From the human T2T-CHM13v2.0 reference genome, Homo sapiens: a stretch of 64,000 bases of DNA. Location: assembly GCF_009914755.1 (NCBI RefSeq), contig NC_060930.1; one strand, given 5' to 3'. Positions 27,015-48,620 of this stretch are shown here, in pieces. Under the pieces are notes generated by a model. It worked only from the letters and a program-made list of their open reading frames with translations. It was not told the DNA's origin and ran no database searches. Each line of letters begins with the position of its first letter. The first letter of the stretch is position 1. Both the position numbers and the translations under genes were made by a program.

Positions 27015-27340
27015 ATATTTATTGAGCATCAACTATGTGCCCACACTGGTCTACACCCTGTGTGAACAGCAGGGAGTAGACAGGAACCTGTTCTCCTAGA
27101 GTTCACATTCTAAAGGGGCTAAACAGGCAAGACACAACAAAACAAACATAACAGGATAAATTCAGATAGAAATATGTTGACACAAAGAAATTTTAAAACA
27201 GAACAATAAAAAGAAAAGTGACTATATTCGGGGAGAGAATGATATTTTAGTTGAGACCAGAAGGACAAAGAAAAAAATCCGGTCATGCAAAGAAGGAGGA
27301 AAATGCATTTTAAAAAGAAGCGTCACACATGCAAAGGGCC
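27015..27340 (-). mobile_element. L2 3' fragment
   Basis: 'atttattgagcatcaactatgtgcc...cctgttctcctagagttcacattcta'. Confidence 0.65.
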
Positions 27341-28003
27341 AATTATTGTTTCAATTTCCAAATGATCAAAGACTTTCTAAAGTCATTTGAATAATACAGA
27401 GTAAGAAGTAAGGTGAAGGTGTACACCTTTCTCTATGTCTCCAATATTAAAATATGTCATCCCCATTACATGGCAAAGGAAACAACTCTCTTCTGCAGAG
27501 GCTGTCTTACAATTGTGTAAATTTAGATGGTTTAAATCTGAGGCTTGTTAAATGGATACTACTAAGTCAATGTCAATCACTAATTTCAGAATGACAGAAA
27601 CAAGTAAAACAATGAGACCAAGAACCAAATATTTGTGTTTTGATTTGACACAATTATTCAATATGATTATTTTGCCAAGTGACCAAAATCAGTGACACAC
27701 TAGGAACTAACATTTTGTAGAATTAAAATTGCTGTTAAGTATTTTTATATACCAGAGATAACATAAATAGCACTAGTTGAAAATCTGACAATCTCTAGAT
27801 TCTATTATCTACAAGTCTCCATCAGACCCTGAAGACATACAAAAGACAATATATGACTGAGTGCACATAAATCAATAGAGGGTGATATGTATTTTCCTAG
27901 AGTTAACCCAAGGTGAAAAAGGAATGATAAATTCAATGCAGAAAGTTGAGAGCATTTGGAGAGGTTATCTGTACAGACCAATACCAAGATGTTAGGAATG
28001 TGA

Positions 28004-28353
<350 letters not shown>

Positions 28354-28408
28354 CAGGCAGCCACTTATTAACATGCATCCTTAACTGGACAGGCTTTTCC
28401 CAAAACTA

Positions 28409-28799
28409 TTTAGGAGATATATATATATATAAAATAAAATAATTTTATTACACCTTCTGGATTTGCCTTCCTTTGGATAGGTGACATAACTTTAATCTAA
28501 CTAACTATATATATATTTAGGAGATATAAATTTAGGAGATATATATTTATATCTCCTATAAATTTAGGAGACATATATTTAGGAGATATAAATATATATA
28601 TAGTTAGTTAGATTAAAGTTATGTCACCTAGCCAACGGAAGGCAAATCCAGAAGGTGTAATAAAATTATTTTATTTTATTTTATATATATATATCCAAAG
28701 GAAGGCAAATCCAGAAGGTGTAATAAAATTATCAGTCACTTGTACCTCTCTATCAATCTACAAATCTTCCTTGTACCTCTCTATCAATCTACAAATCTT
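28409..28799. repeat. Complex inverted plus direct duplication cluster
   Basis: Inverted arms at ~28417-28519 and ~28589-28695; spacer of 'tttaggagatata' copies; direct copy at 28692-28732; 31-bp tandem duplicate at 28739-28799. Confidence 0.9.
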
Positions 28800-29538
28800 T
28801 CCTGGGATTAAGTTTTCATAATGAAGGAAGAAGATAATTTATTCTCACTTTTCAATTTGTTTGAACATTTACATGGCACCGGGAAAGAGATAAAGAGTGG
28901 TGAGTTTATATATTTTTCTTTTCAACTGCCCAAATTCTAGGTTTCTTATAGGAATACGTGAAAAATAAAGTTGTCAAGCTCTGTATCATGCAATCAAAGC
29001 AAGTGGAACTATTTTGTACTGCTGCACTTTCTGTTAAACATATGATAATCCAAGGACAAATTGCCTAGATTATCTGGTACTATGTCTCACTTTGAACATA
29101 CTCTGCAAGGATGTGCAATGATGACAGAGATTCTCTTTAAAGGATGAAAACACGAAGATCATTTGCATCTAAAAGATAATGTTCCATCAATTCCATTTCC
29201 TGGTGGATGAATTGATTTTCAGTTACCAAATTACAATAGAAGAGAAGGACTACCGGAGGTATTAGCTGCCGTCCCTGGAGAACGTGAGACGCAGCAGCAG
29301 CTGTTCTTTGTAGACAGTGGGCTGCCTGCCTGTGCTGCGTTTAGGCTGCTGTGTGTTCTGGGTGAAATTCTTCTCAAATGTTAACACTGAGAGGAAAGCT
29401 CTGTTTCCATCACCTGCTTCAAAGGGCTTCCCCGTGGCATTTTGATTTCGCTAAATAGGAACGTATGAATCAGCCTGATGAAACAGAACGTTCAGTTCAA
29501 AATTTTGTTTCTGACAAATCTCTTAGTCTTAATTATTA

Positions 29539-32656
<3,118 letters not shown>

Positions 32657-33170
32657 AAAAGCGATATGTTATTGATAATAATCGAAGTATCAATCTATGA
32701 TGAAATCTTCAACAAAACAGTGCTTTACTGCTGTGAAAAACATTATTGGCAAAATCACTGTGGGATGCAAAATGCAGTGACAAACCAATGTCACAGATAA
32801 TATGGCACCACAGTCACCTTTGGCTTACATAATAGGTATGTCTGCCTTCTCTGTTGGTGTTGGTTATTTCAGCCAGCAATGTACATCTTCTGATGGAGTT
32901 ATCTTTGGATACTACAAAGGATGGGAGTAATATGAGCCTCACAACGAAAATAAATAAGAATTGTTACTGATTTTCCTGTGTGGCCTTAATGACATTTCAG
33001 GTGGTAAAATAAAAATTCAAAACCACATTATCCAGGAGAACATGGTTCCAGGGACTCTGTCTTTTGCCAAGTAACCCTGGGAGAATCATCTTTCCAGTAG
33101 GTTAACGTTTCGCGCCACAAGAGAACATCACCTTTCTGGGCCTGTCTTATCATTGGTTCTGTGACATCAG

Positions 33171-33251
33171 TTATAAAGGTATGAACCCACAGCTCCTTGG
33201 TGTGGAACTTATAAAGGTATGAGCCCACAGCTCTTTGGCGTGGAACTTATA
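33171..33251. repeat. 38-bp tandem duplication
   Basis: ttataaaggtatga(a/g)cccacagctc(c/t)ttgg(t/c)gtggaac occurs twice. Confidence 0.9.
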
Positions 33252-34137
33252 GGATATTGATAGCAGAGAACAAGGCCTTGCATAGACAAAGCCTTGTGCA
33301 GAATCTCTTAGACTTTTCCCAAATCTTCAGTTATTAGTATAGATAGAGACAAGAATTGATAACTTGAGAGGGTATATGATTATCAGTGTAATAGAATTGA
33401 CTCTTGTGGGCAATTACTGATTTTTTTCAGTAAGATATCAGAACAGTTGCTGGTAAACTTCCAGCCTGTCTTAAGAGTCTATTAAAATAGCTTTCCCCAT
33501 TTAGTCTGAGGTGAAGAAGAACACTGGTGTATTCTAACAGAAGTATGTGGTATGGTAGAAAGGATTTCAGGGTCGATCACTTGCCAATTTTTTGGCCTTG
33601 AATTAGTCACCTCATGTTTGTTTTCAAAACATCAGCTTTTCTATTTACACTTGCCCAGGGAACTCTGGTAAAGCTTGGTTGTGATGCTTAGATAAAGAAC
33701 CAAAGGTTGTCCCTGACATAATAATATTTAATAAATATTAATTTTCCACTTTTCATCACAACTTATGTTCCTGTTTGCAAACTCCTTAAGCAGACTATGT
33801 TCATGTAGGCTCAAGTCATTCCCTGAAACACATAAGGCTGGCAAACCACAATTGGATTGTAATACAAAGCTACAACTCAAATATCAGGGCTAAAGTTTTG
33901 TCAAGGTTGGGTTATAGAAGGGAGAGCTCTTCTTGTAACCTACAATTTAGGAAAGAACTTCCTCCTTAAATAATTGCTCATCATCTGCAGATGTTGTTCA
34001 AAGTCCTAGAATTCCTTTAGGAATCTGTAGACACTTTCCAATATCAGATTGTTCTGTTGGAAGGAAGACCCTGGACTTTCAATGCTACCATGTGAGTTTT
34101 AACCAAGTTGTTCCCAAGCGACTATTTGTTTACCTCC

Positions 34138-34860
<723 letters not shown>

Positions 34861-35230
34861 CTACCCTCCCTATAGTTTCCATATTTAGCAATTATCATAG
34901 GTTAGCTTCTAGCGTGCTAGTAATGTCCTGTTCCATGATCTGACCATTCTAGTTTGTGAAAATTCAGTGAACTATACACTAATATTGTCTATTCTATATG
35001 TATGTTATATTCCCATAAAAATGCTTATGAAAAAACCCACAGAAGCTTTCACTGGCCATAAACAGTAAAAAATTGAGCATCTGTAAGTATCATAACCACA
35101 ATGGATTGAATACACAACATGTCTGACTCCCTTAGTTTTTAAAAATATAAAAGATACAAATAACTGAACTTTTTGGTCACCTTGTCAGGAAATATGGAAT
35201 CTAATCATCTGTTTGAAAACTGGTAAAAAG

Positions 35231-35550
35231 GGCCATGCGCCATGGCTCACGCCTGTAATCCCAGCACTTTGGGAGGCCAAGGCAGGTGGATCACAAGGTC
35301 AGGAATTCAAGATAAGCCCATCCAAGTTGGTGAAACCCCATCTCTACTAAAAATACAAAAAAAAAAAAAAAATAGCCAGGTGTGGTGGTAATCCCACCTG
35401 TAATCCCAGCTGCTTGGGAGGCTGAGACAGAGAATTGCTTGAACTTGGGAGGTGGAGGTTGCAGTGAGCCAAGATTGCACCACCGCACTCCAGCCTGGGC
35501 GACAGAGCGAGACTCTGTCTAAAAAAAAAAAAAAAAAGAACAGAAAGAAA
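35231..35550 (+). mobile_element. AluS (Sg-like)
   Basis: Dimer plus A-tail; TSD gaaaactggtaaaaa (35215-35229 / 35551-35565). Confidence 0.9.
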
Positions 35551-35982
35551 GAAAACTGGTAAAAATAAATAAATAAAGATAAAAAATAAATCAAGCATTT
35601 AGCTTGCCTTGACTTTATGAACTTGATCACAGTAAGAGCAAAGGTAGTGAGAAGTTTTTTGACAGAAGTGACCAAAATAATAAATGAAGAATATATCAAT
35701 GAATAATAATCAGATTATTACTATTTTATGACACCTAGTGAAACTGTGGAACAAGGTTATAAACATCAGTAATTGCTCTCATTGCAAAAGAAAGATAACT
35801 GAAATTTGTGCTTCCTGTTAAAAGGAACCAGACAACACCATCTAAGAAGTGTGTTTGGTAAACTTTGTTTTCAGAGTAAACTGCTACCAGTTTACAGAAA
35901 ATTCAGGGGTTACAGGAACATATTAAAAGATACCACAGGAATGCAATTAGCAATCTTTCCACAAGAGTTTACAAGACAAGGA

Positions 35983-36100
35983 CAAGAATTGCTTGAACCC
36001 AGCAGACAGAGGTTGTAGTGAGCTGAGATGACACCACTGCACTCCGGCCTAGGTGACAGAGAGAGATTCTGTCTCAAAAAAATAAAATAAAATAAATAAG
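35983..36100 (+). mobile_element. 5'-truncated Alu right-arm fragment
   Basis: 'agaattgcttgaaccc...actgcactcc..cctaggtgacagag' followed by an A-rich tail. Confidence 0.88.
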
Positions 36101-38538
36101 ACAATTAAACACCGATTAGGTGGTTATTAATATTAAAATATATTTTTATTGTTTTAGGTGAGATAATGGAATTCTTATGTTTTCCCAGAGCTTTTATCTT
36201 GTAGGGGTATACACTAAAATATTTATGAATAAATTTTTTTCTTTGCTTCTAAATAATCTTGGATATGAATAAAATGTATGTGTGTGTGTGTGTGTTGTTC
36301 TGTTTTGATAAAACAAGATTAACCATGAGTTGATAATGTTTTAAGCTATAAGTATATAGCATATTTTTCTGTTTTTATGTGCTTGTAATTATCCATAATT
36401 AAAAAAATATGCGGATGGCTGTTAATTTCTTTCAAAAATAAATAAAATAATCCTTAGCACAATGTAATATTCTTTGAAGCCTGCCTTCAAGTTGCAAAAG
36501 TGACTCTTGGGCAGCCATCTTATACATTATTACTTGTTTTTTTTCCACAAATCCATTTTACTTCCATCTGTTTGTGTTAGCTATCCTCTTGTGATAATGC
36601 CCTTCCCTTCCCTGTCAACTTATTTCTGAAACTCACATTCAATAATACTTCTTTCTCCAGTATCTCTCCCTGAAAACCCAGCAAGTACTAAATGTTGATG
36701 CCTGTAATTTTCTCGGCTCTTTGTGTTCCCTTGGTTATAGTATTTACCTTATTATGCTTTGCTTATATAGTTACACCCATATTCTGCCTGACTCTGAGCT
36801 CCTTGAGAACAGCCACTGGGTATCACTTTTTTTATATTCCAGATTTCAAGCACACATACTAGCCTTTCAATGACAGCATACATGATTGTTTATAGGTGTG
36901 CCATTTCCAGAATCACCATTTTTTTCTACATTCACAGCACCCACATGTATTCCTGCACATACTGAATTATTCTGCGGCATCCAGCCAAGGGTCTTTTGGT
37001 TCTAAAATAACATCTGGACTTCATTATTAAATAAACAACAATACTAGGATGTGACAGGTTACATGCTTCTAAACCCAGTTCCAGATTGCGTTCTAAGGTC
37101 CGTTGGATTCTTAAAGTAGCTTTTCTTTGTACAGAATTTTAGTATGCTTGCTTTATTTTGCAAGCAGCTCAGGTGAGCAGTCTGACTTTTGAGCAAGAGT
37201 TAATTCTAAATTGGTCTGAAAATATTGTGGAATAGCATTCCTGAGTCTCATTGCGTTTGTGCCCAGACCTCTCTGCCTAGAAGTTATAACCAAGATATGT
37301 ATCAGGAGCTGCTCCATTAATCCCCATGAGATGGAAGCATGCACCTTAACTCCAAAGGGCTTTTTTCTTGAGCCTAATATTAAATTTGCTCCAGTCAAAA
37401 AACAAAGTTAGTAAGCTTAGGTGTGGAATTGATGTCATCTAAGCATACCAAAAATAGGAGTCTGGAGGCAGCTGGTGCAGCCCCCTGAGGTAGGCAGGCC
37501 TGTCCTCATCAACCTGTTTATCCTTTTGTGGGATTTAAATCTCAAAACAGTGGCTGATTGAAACTATACTGCTCTTTGGAGTGGTGACATGGTGACACAG
37601 GTATAATGCTCTGTCATCTTTTTAATACAGCTGCTGATAAATGTGCACACTTTTACTATATAGGAGATTTTTTACTGATTATAAACCAATAAATATATGA
37701 TAAATAATAATATAATATGATATAATATAATATAATGTAATATAATAATAGCATAGTAGAAAACCAAAGAATAGTCATACTAATATTCTGATGACATAAA
37801 GTAGTTGTTTTTTACATGTTTTTTTCTAAGTTTTATTTACAAGGATTACATAATGTTTTTACAATTGAGAGTAAGACAAGTGTTTTAAATAAAATTTGGT
37901 GCATGTATCTGGATTAATTTTACCCATCAGGGTGCTCAAATCTGAAAATGTTATAGTTTAACAATGTACAATTTTAGTTATCAGTCATACAATGTGCAGT
38001 TCAGGTAGACCAGCCTTCCTCCTTCTTGTGACTGTGCCATATGGCACATATGGTCTTCAAGATTTTTGTGGCAAATAAAACAGTTATGGAGAGGTCACAC
38101 TGCTCTTGACCTCCTGGGACTTCTCCTAGTCTACTGGCTGGAGCTACTCCTAGGGCTCCACACAAGATCCTGGGAAAGGCAAGAGAGCATATGGATCCTT
38201 GGTGAGCATTTACTCTCAACTGGTGACTGGTTATTTTTTAAAGTATTTAGAGAAAGGAAATGATAGTGACAAATTACTATAAAAAGATCTCCTCTCTCCT
38301 TACTTGAGGAAAATATCCTAAAAGACTTTCATTGTATAAATAGAAAATTTTCCATTTTGTACATTAGCAGTGAGTTAATGAATGTGTTTTACAGATTTCA
38401 CTGTTGAAATACTGGAAACAAATTGCATACAACAGTAATAACTTTCTGCTTCTCAATTTCTACTCATCCTAGCAATATTTAAATATTATTTAAAATAAAG
38501 TATGTAAATAACATGAAAAAGAATAAAAAGAAAACTCA

Positions 38539-42322
<3,784 letters not shown>

Positions 42323-42574
42323 GAAGTAAAATTTTTAAAATGTGCTTAATACTTTTTATACATCAGTCTACATTTTTTCAAAAACTATTAGAGAAAGAAT
42401 GAAGTAATTTATTTTATACCAAGGAAATGATGTTTTTAGATTTAAGTGCCTTTTTACAATTTATATTGCAAATTTGGAAAAAAATACATATTGAGACATC
42501 ATGTTCAATTCCAGTGACAGAACAAGTACAAAATAAAGGTTGGCCAATTCTCTAACTCTAGCTTCAAGAGAAGA

Positions 42575-42654
42575 TTTCAAGGCCAAGAGTATAGTAGAGT
42601 AGTGTAGAGTAGAGGAGTAGAGTAGAGTAGAGTAGTGTAGGTTTCAAGGCCAAG
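42575..42654. repeat. (AGTAG)n microsatellite bracketed by a 13-bp direct repeat
   Basis: tttcaaggccaag at 42575-42587 and 42642-42654. Confidence 0.85.
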
Positions 42655-43304
42655 TCTTCCTCTTTTCCCTCTACTTCTCCTTTTTCTATATCTTCTCAGC
42701 ATAGCTTCATGAGATAATGGGTTGAATATTTTAGCAACACAGAAAGTTAGAAAATAAATGGTAATATATTATTTTATAATAGGAAGAGAGAACAGTGAGT
42801 AGTCTACTGACTTCTAAAGATGAAAGATGCTTTAGGAATTGATCTAAATATGCAGTATGGAAAAAAGAAGTGGACACTAAATTCTCATTTATATAGTGAT
42901 AAATGACATACTAACCTGCATCTTATCCTGCATGACATTTATATGATTATTTTATCATATAAAAGGGCAAAATCAAGTAGGTTACAGTAGAAATTAAAGC
43001 CACAAGTGAAACCTTTAAGATAAATACATAAAAATATGTGGAACACCTTACAGATTTTAATTAAATTGATACTAAAAAAATAAGACTACTCAACTTGCAT
43101 ATCAAATTGGGGAAATCTCTAAGCATTGAGCTGTGCCTAAGTAGGTAAGGGTAGTTTCCTGAAAGAATGACAGTGATAACAAGGGAGCCTGGTTCATTAC
43201 CCACAGTTGTCCTACAGGAGATGATGAATGGAGAATAATAATACAGTATTGTGAATTTGAATCCATTTTTTAATACTTCTAATGAAGCTAGTTTTAACAC
43301 TAGG

Positions 43305-45945
43305 TGATATCGTTTGGATTTGCTGTCTCCAAATCTCCCATGGAAATTTGACCTCCAATGTTGGAGATGGGGCCTAGTGGGAAGTATTCAGGTCATGGGA
43401 GTGCATCCCTCAGGAATGGCTTGGTGCCCTCACCACAGTAATGACTGAGTTCTCACTTTCAGTTTATGTGATCTCTGGTTCTTTAAAAATAGAGTGGCAC
43501 CTCCCTATTCTCTCTCTTACTCCCCTCTCTCTGTGTGACATGCTGACTCCACTTCGCCTTCTGCCATGAGTGGAAATTTCGTGAGGCCCCACTAGAAGCG
43601 GATGCTGGCACCACACTTTTTGTAGAGCCTGCAGAACTGTGAGCCAAATAAACCTCTTTTCCTTATAAATTACTCTGTCTTAGGAATTACTTTATGGCAA
43701 TGCAAATGGACTAATGCAAAAAAGTTGGTACTGGGAGTGGAGTGTTGCTATAAAGCTACCTGAAAATGTAAAAGTGCCTTTGGAAATTGGTAACAGGCTG
43801 GGTAAGAGGCTGGAAGAGTTTGGAGGGCTCAGAAGAAGAAAGGAAAATGAGAGAAAGTTTGTAACTTCTTAGAGATTGGTTAGGTGGTGGTGACCAATGT
43901 GCTGATAGATATACGAACAACGCCAGGCTGACAGGGTCTCAGAAGGAAATAAGGAATTTATTGAAAACTGGAGCAAAGATCTCCCCTGTTATAGTATAGC
44001 AAAGAACTTGACTGTATTGTGTCCATGCCCAGGAGACTGGTGGAATGTTGAACTGAAGAATGATGACTTGGGGTATCTAGTGAAAGAAATCTTTAAGCAG
44101 CAAAGCACTCAAGATGTGACATGGCTGCTTCTGACAACGTACGGTCAGATATGGGAGCTAAGAAATGACTTAAAGTTGAAACGTACATTTAAAAAGGAAA
44201 CACAGCATAAAAATTTGGAAAATTCACAGCCTGGCCATGTAGTAGAGAGAGAAAAAGCATTTTCAGGAGAGGAATGTAAGTGGGCTGTGGAGCAAGCACT
44301 TGCTAGAGAGATTAGCGTAACTAAATGGGAGCCAAGTGCTAATATACAAGGTAATTAGAAAAAGGTGTCAAAGGCATTTTATAGATTTTCAGGATAGGCC
44401 CTCCCATTGGAAGCCCAGAGACCTAGGAGGAAAGAATGGTTTCAGGGTCTAGGTCCAGGGCACAGCTTTTATGAGCCACCCTACAAGGATGTTCCTCACA
44501 TCCCCACTGCTCTAGCTCCAGCCTTGGCTCAAAGGGCCCCAGATATTGGTCTGGTCACCACTCTGAAGAGAACAAAACCATAAGCCTTGGTGGCTTGCAA
44601 ATGGTATTAAGCCTGCAGTTGTACAGAATGCAAGCATGAAGCGGGCTTGGCAGACTCTGCCTAGATTTCAGAGGATGTTTGGGAAAGCCTGGGTGCCCAG
44701 GAAGAAGACTGCCACAGGGGCAGAACACCCACAGAGGAACTCTACCAGGGAAATGCCAAGGGAAAATGTGGGATTGAAGCCCCCACACTGAGTCCCAACG
44801 ATGGTACTGCCTATGGAGCTGTGGGAAGGGGACTGCCATCTTCCAGACCTGAGATTAGTGGAGCCACTGGCAGCTTGCACCCTGATTCTGGAAATGCCAC
44901 AGGCACTCAACTGCAGCCTGTGATAGCAGCCACAGGGACTATGCCCTGCAAAGCCACAGGGTCAGGGACTATACCCTGCAAAGCCACAGGGACAGGGACT
45001 ACACCCTGCAAAGCCACAGGGGCAGGGACTATGCCCTGCAAAGCCACAGGGGCAGGGCTGCCTGAAGCCCTGGGGGCCCAGCTCTTGAACCAGTATGCCC
45101 AGGATGCAGCAAATACAGTCAAAGCTTATTTTGGAGCTTTAAGATTTAATGTCTGCTGGGTTTCATATTTGTGTAGTGCCTGTTGCCCCTTTCTTTTGGC
45201 TGATTTATCCCTTTTGGAGTGGAAATGTTTATACAATACCTGTACCACCAATGCATATTGGAAGTAAATCAATCACTAAATCACTTATTTTTGATTTTAC
45301 AGGCTCATAGGTGGAAGGAATTTACCTTGAGTCTCACATGAGACTTTGGACTTCTGAATGATGCTGGAATGAGTTAAGACATTGGGGAACTATCGGGAAG
45401 GGATAGCTGTATTTTTCAATGTGAGGAGAACATGACATTTGAGGGGCCAGGGACAGAACAATATGACTTAGATGTTTTGTCCTCTCAAAATCTTATGTTA
45501 AAATATGACCTCTAATGTTGAAGGTGGGCCTAGTGGAAGGTGTTTGGGTCATAGAGGTGGATCCCTCATGAGTGATTTGGTGCCTTTCTCACAGTAATGA
45601 ATGAGTTCTCACTCTGAGTTCGTGTGTTATTTGGTTGTTTAAAAAGAGCGTGCATCTCCCCTCTCTCTCTTGCTCCTCTGGTCCAGGTGTTAGGGTGGGG
45701 CTCCAACGGCAGCCCAAGGATGAATCATGTGACAAAGGTTACATTTCTCTCTCACTCCGTGTGACACACTGGCTACCCTTCAACATCCACCATGATTGGA
45801 AGCTTCCTGAGGCCCTTACAAGAAGCAGATTCCAGCCCCATGCTTCCTGTACAGCCTGCAGAACCATAAGCCAAATAAACCTCTTTTTATTATGAGTTAC
45901 CCAGGCTTAGGTATTCTTTTATAGCAATGAAAATGGATGTGCACA
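43305..45945 (+). mobile_element. MST (MSTB-like, MaLR) LTR-internal-LTR element
   Basis: LTR1 ~43305-43718, internal region ~43719-45460 (NDDLGYLVKEIFKQQS), LTR2 ~45461-45945. Confidence 0.9.
44929..45057. repeat. 30-bp tandem repeat (4 copies) inside MST-int
   Basis: cagggacta(t/c)(g/a)ccctgcaaagccacaggg(n) occurs four times. Confidence 0.92.
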
Positions 45946-46064
45946 CAGAGTTATGTTCCAGATCTTCACATCTACATTCGTATCTGATTGCTTACAATAA
46001 TGAGAATTTTTTTTCAGCAGCATAAGCCAACATTTGATTTCAAAAGCATCAGTTTGTAGGCTAA

Positions 46065-46590
46065 TAGGTTGTTCCTGCCACCTCAACATCCATTTTCCTT
46101 TTCTACATTAATAGTGGCTTTGCTTTGAAGAAACAAGCATCTTGCTCCTCTGGTCCAGGTGTTAGGTTGGGGCTCCAACGGGCAGCCCAAGGATGAAGCA
46201 TGTGACAAAAGTTACATTTAATGGAACATTAAACTTTTTTACCCAATGGATTCACTGATAGATACATGGCCTAAGATCCACCAAATAATGCAATTACATC
46301 TCCTGGGACCCAATTTTATTTCGTAAGAGTAAATTCCAAGACTTATCTGAAGTTGCCAGGTAGAGATAAACCCTTCTCAGCCAGACGTGAATGTATGGCT
46401 GTCTGCTTAAATGGAGTCAGATACCAAAGTCCATATAACTGAAGATAGTCTGAGAGGTGAAAACAAGTACAGGTAACGTTTGCACGCCTGGGTCAAGCCG
46501 TTCCTACAGCCAGATGCTTTGGTCATTTGATCTGATAGATGGTGTTTTTACATAAGTCAACCCATGGTGTTCTATCATTTACAACACTAT
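46065..46590. mobile_element. Probable old MLT1-type LTR remnant
   Basis: 'gttgttcctgccacctcaacatccattttcc...aaggatgaagcatgtgac...ataagtcaacccatggtgttctatcatttacaac'. Confidence 0.4.
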
Positions 46591-48084
46591 TTAAATTATT
46601 CATTTAAAAAGGTTATATACTTGTTATAATGAAGCTGCCATGGTTCAAAATTATTGTATAATGTTTTCAAGGGAATTGACTTTAGGAACAGCTTATAAAA
46701 CACAGAATAAATAAATTTCATTATTTTATAAGCACGTCTTATTTCTGATCGCAAATAGTATTAGGGTTAGCCACCAAGCACGTTTTGCTTTAAATAGCAA
46801 TGGGATGTCAAAGCGCGCACACACACACACACACACGAGACAAAAGTTTGCTGCCACTTAGAATCTTTAGATAAGCTAGTTCTAGGCTCCAAAGATACTT
46901 TGGGAGGTTTTATAAATATGTCCTGAATAACCACCAAGGTTGGTGGATGCAGATGCCATCCTTAAGTAGCATTTTTGTATGTGGAAGGTAATAATTATTT
47001 TAATATATTATTTCTCATGTTTATTTTAAAGTCTGGGATTTTTTACTAAGCTGAGGCAACAGGATATCAGTTCATCTGGGAATTCATTCGTTCTTTCTCG
47101 ATTCAAAGATGTGGCCTCTTAAAGAAATTTTCAGGTTTTACTAAAGGATTATGAAAAATAGGCTGCCAATGAAGGTCAGAAGTTGTACTTTTACAAGAAG
47201 AAAATTAGGTAGAGACCAAAGAAAAATACTGTAGAAGAGTTCTGTAGCTGGCAAATGAAATTCTTCTTTAATTACTTTTCTTATTGAATATTTATGAAAA
47301 ATCAGTGTTCAACAAAATAAATTGCTACTCACTGCCCAGATGTTTGAAATTTGTAGCTAAATATTAATTCATAGAAAGGTGCCCACTAGCATTGTTATAA
47401 CTGAATAAAAAATTGCCTAAAAATGTAACAAAGGGCTAATGAGAGAGAAAATATAAATAATCATGAGATAAACACATATTCAGGGTTTATAATTATTCAC
47501 AGGAATGAGTTTTCCAATTGGTTATAGTTAAAAACAGTGATTTTTTTAAGAAAATTTCATTTCAAATGTGAAACATTCATTTACTTCAAATATTCATATA
47601 CATTAAATAGTAATGTGTCCATATTTATAGGTCAGTTCTATAAATACATATGTTCAACTTGTGAATTTTTACAGAGAATAATTTTTCATAATTCAGTAAA
47701 CCTCAGTTATTAGATTCCTGTTGCCTATTGTACCCCCTTTTTTGAATTTTGAAAGAAGTTTTAAAATACATTTAATGTCACTGGAATGTTAAACATTATT
47801 TAGTATTTTCTAACTTAATATTTCTTAGATGTCTAATGTAAAAAAATGGAATGGGTCTCTTTCACAAAATGAGAGACACAGATACTGACATTAGAAGCTG
47901 ATCAGACATCCACTCATTCATTTTATGAATGATGAAACAGATTCGGAAAAAGAAAACCAGCAAGACCTAACTCAGCTCAGTAATGAACGGAACAAACCAA
48001 TACTGCCTCACTCTCTTCTGTACATGGCTTTTATAATTTACGTAGTACATTATAACATCCAGGCTGAATCACAAGACTATTTGC

Positions 48085-48115
<31 letters not shown>

Positions 48116-48318
48116 TTTATACGCTTCTGCAAATCAAACTCAGAGCTAAGGTACATTCAATTAAAAATCCTAGTGCTTTAAGAAGAAAAGCAAAAACTAG
48201 CACTGACCCCTGCAATAAAGTGGAAGTAGTGCCTCATGTGCATACTTAGCTATTTACACATGAAACAGGTCTTCTCACGACACTAAGTATTCATTTATCT
48301 ATAAAAAGACAAGTTTCA

Positions 48319-48620
<302 letters not shown>

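Larger units (their letters stand above)
35050..36410 (+). mobile_element. Decayed L1MC4/5-like 3'UTR fragments
   Basis: 'gaaaactggtaaa...aatcaagcatttagcttgcc' and 'gataaaacaagattaaccatgagttgataat'. Confidence 0.55.
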
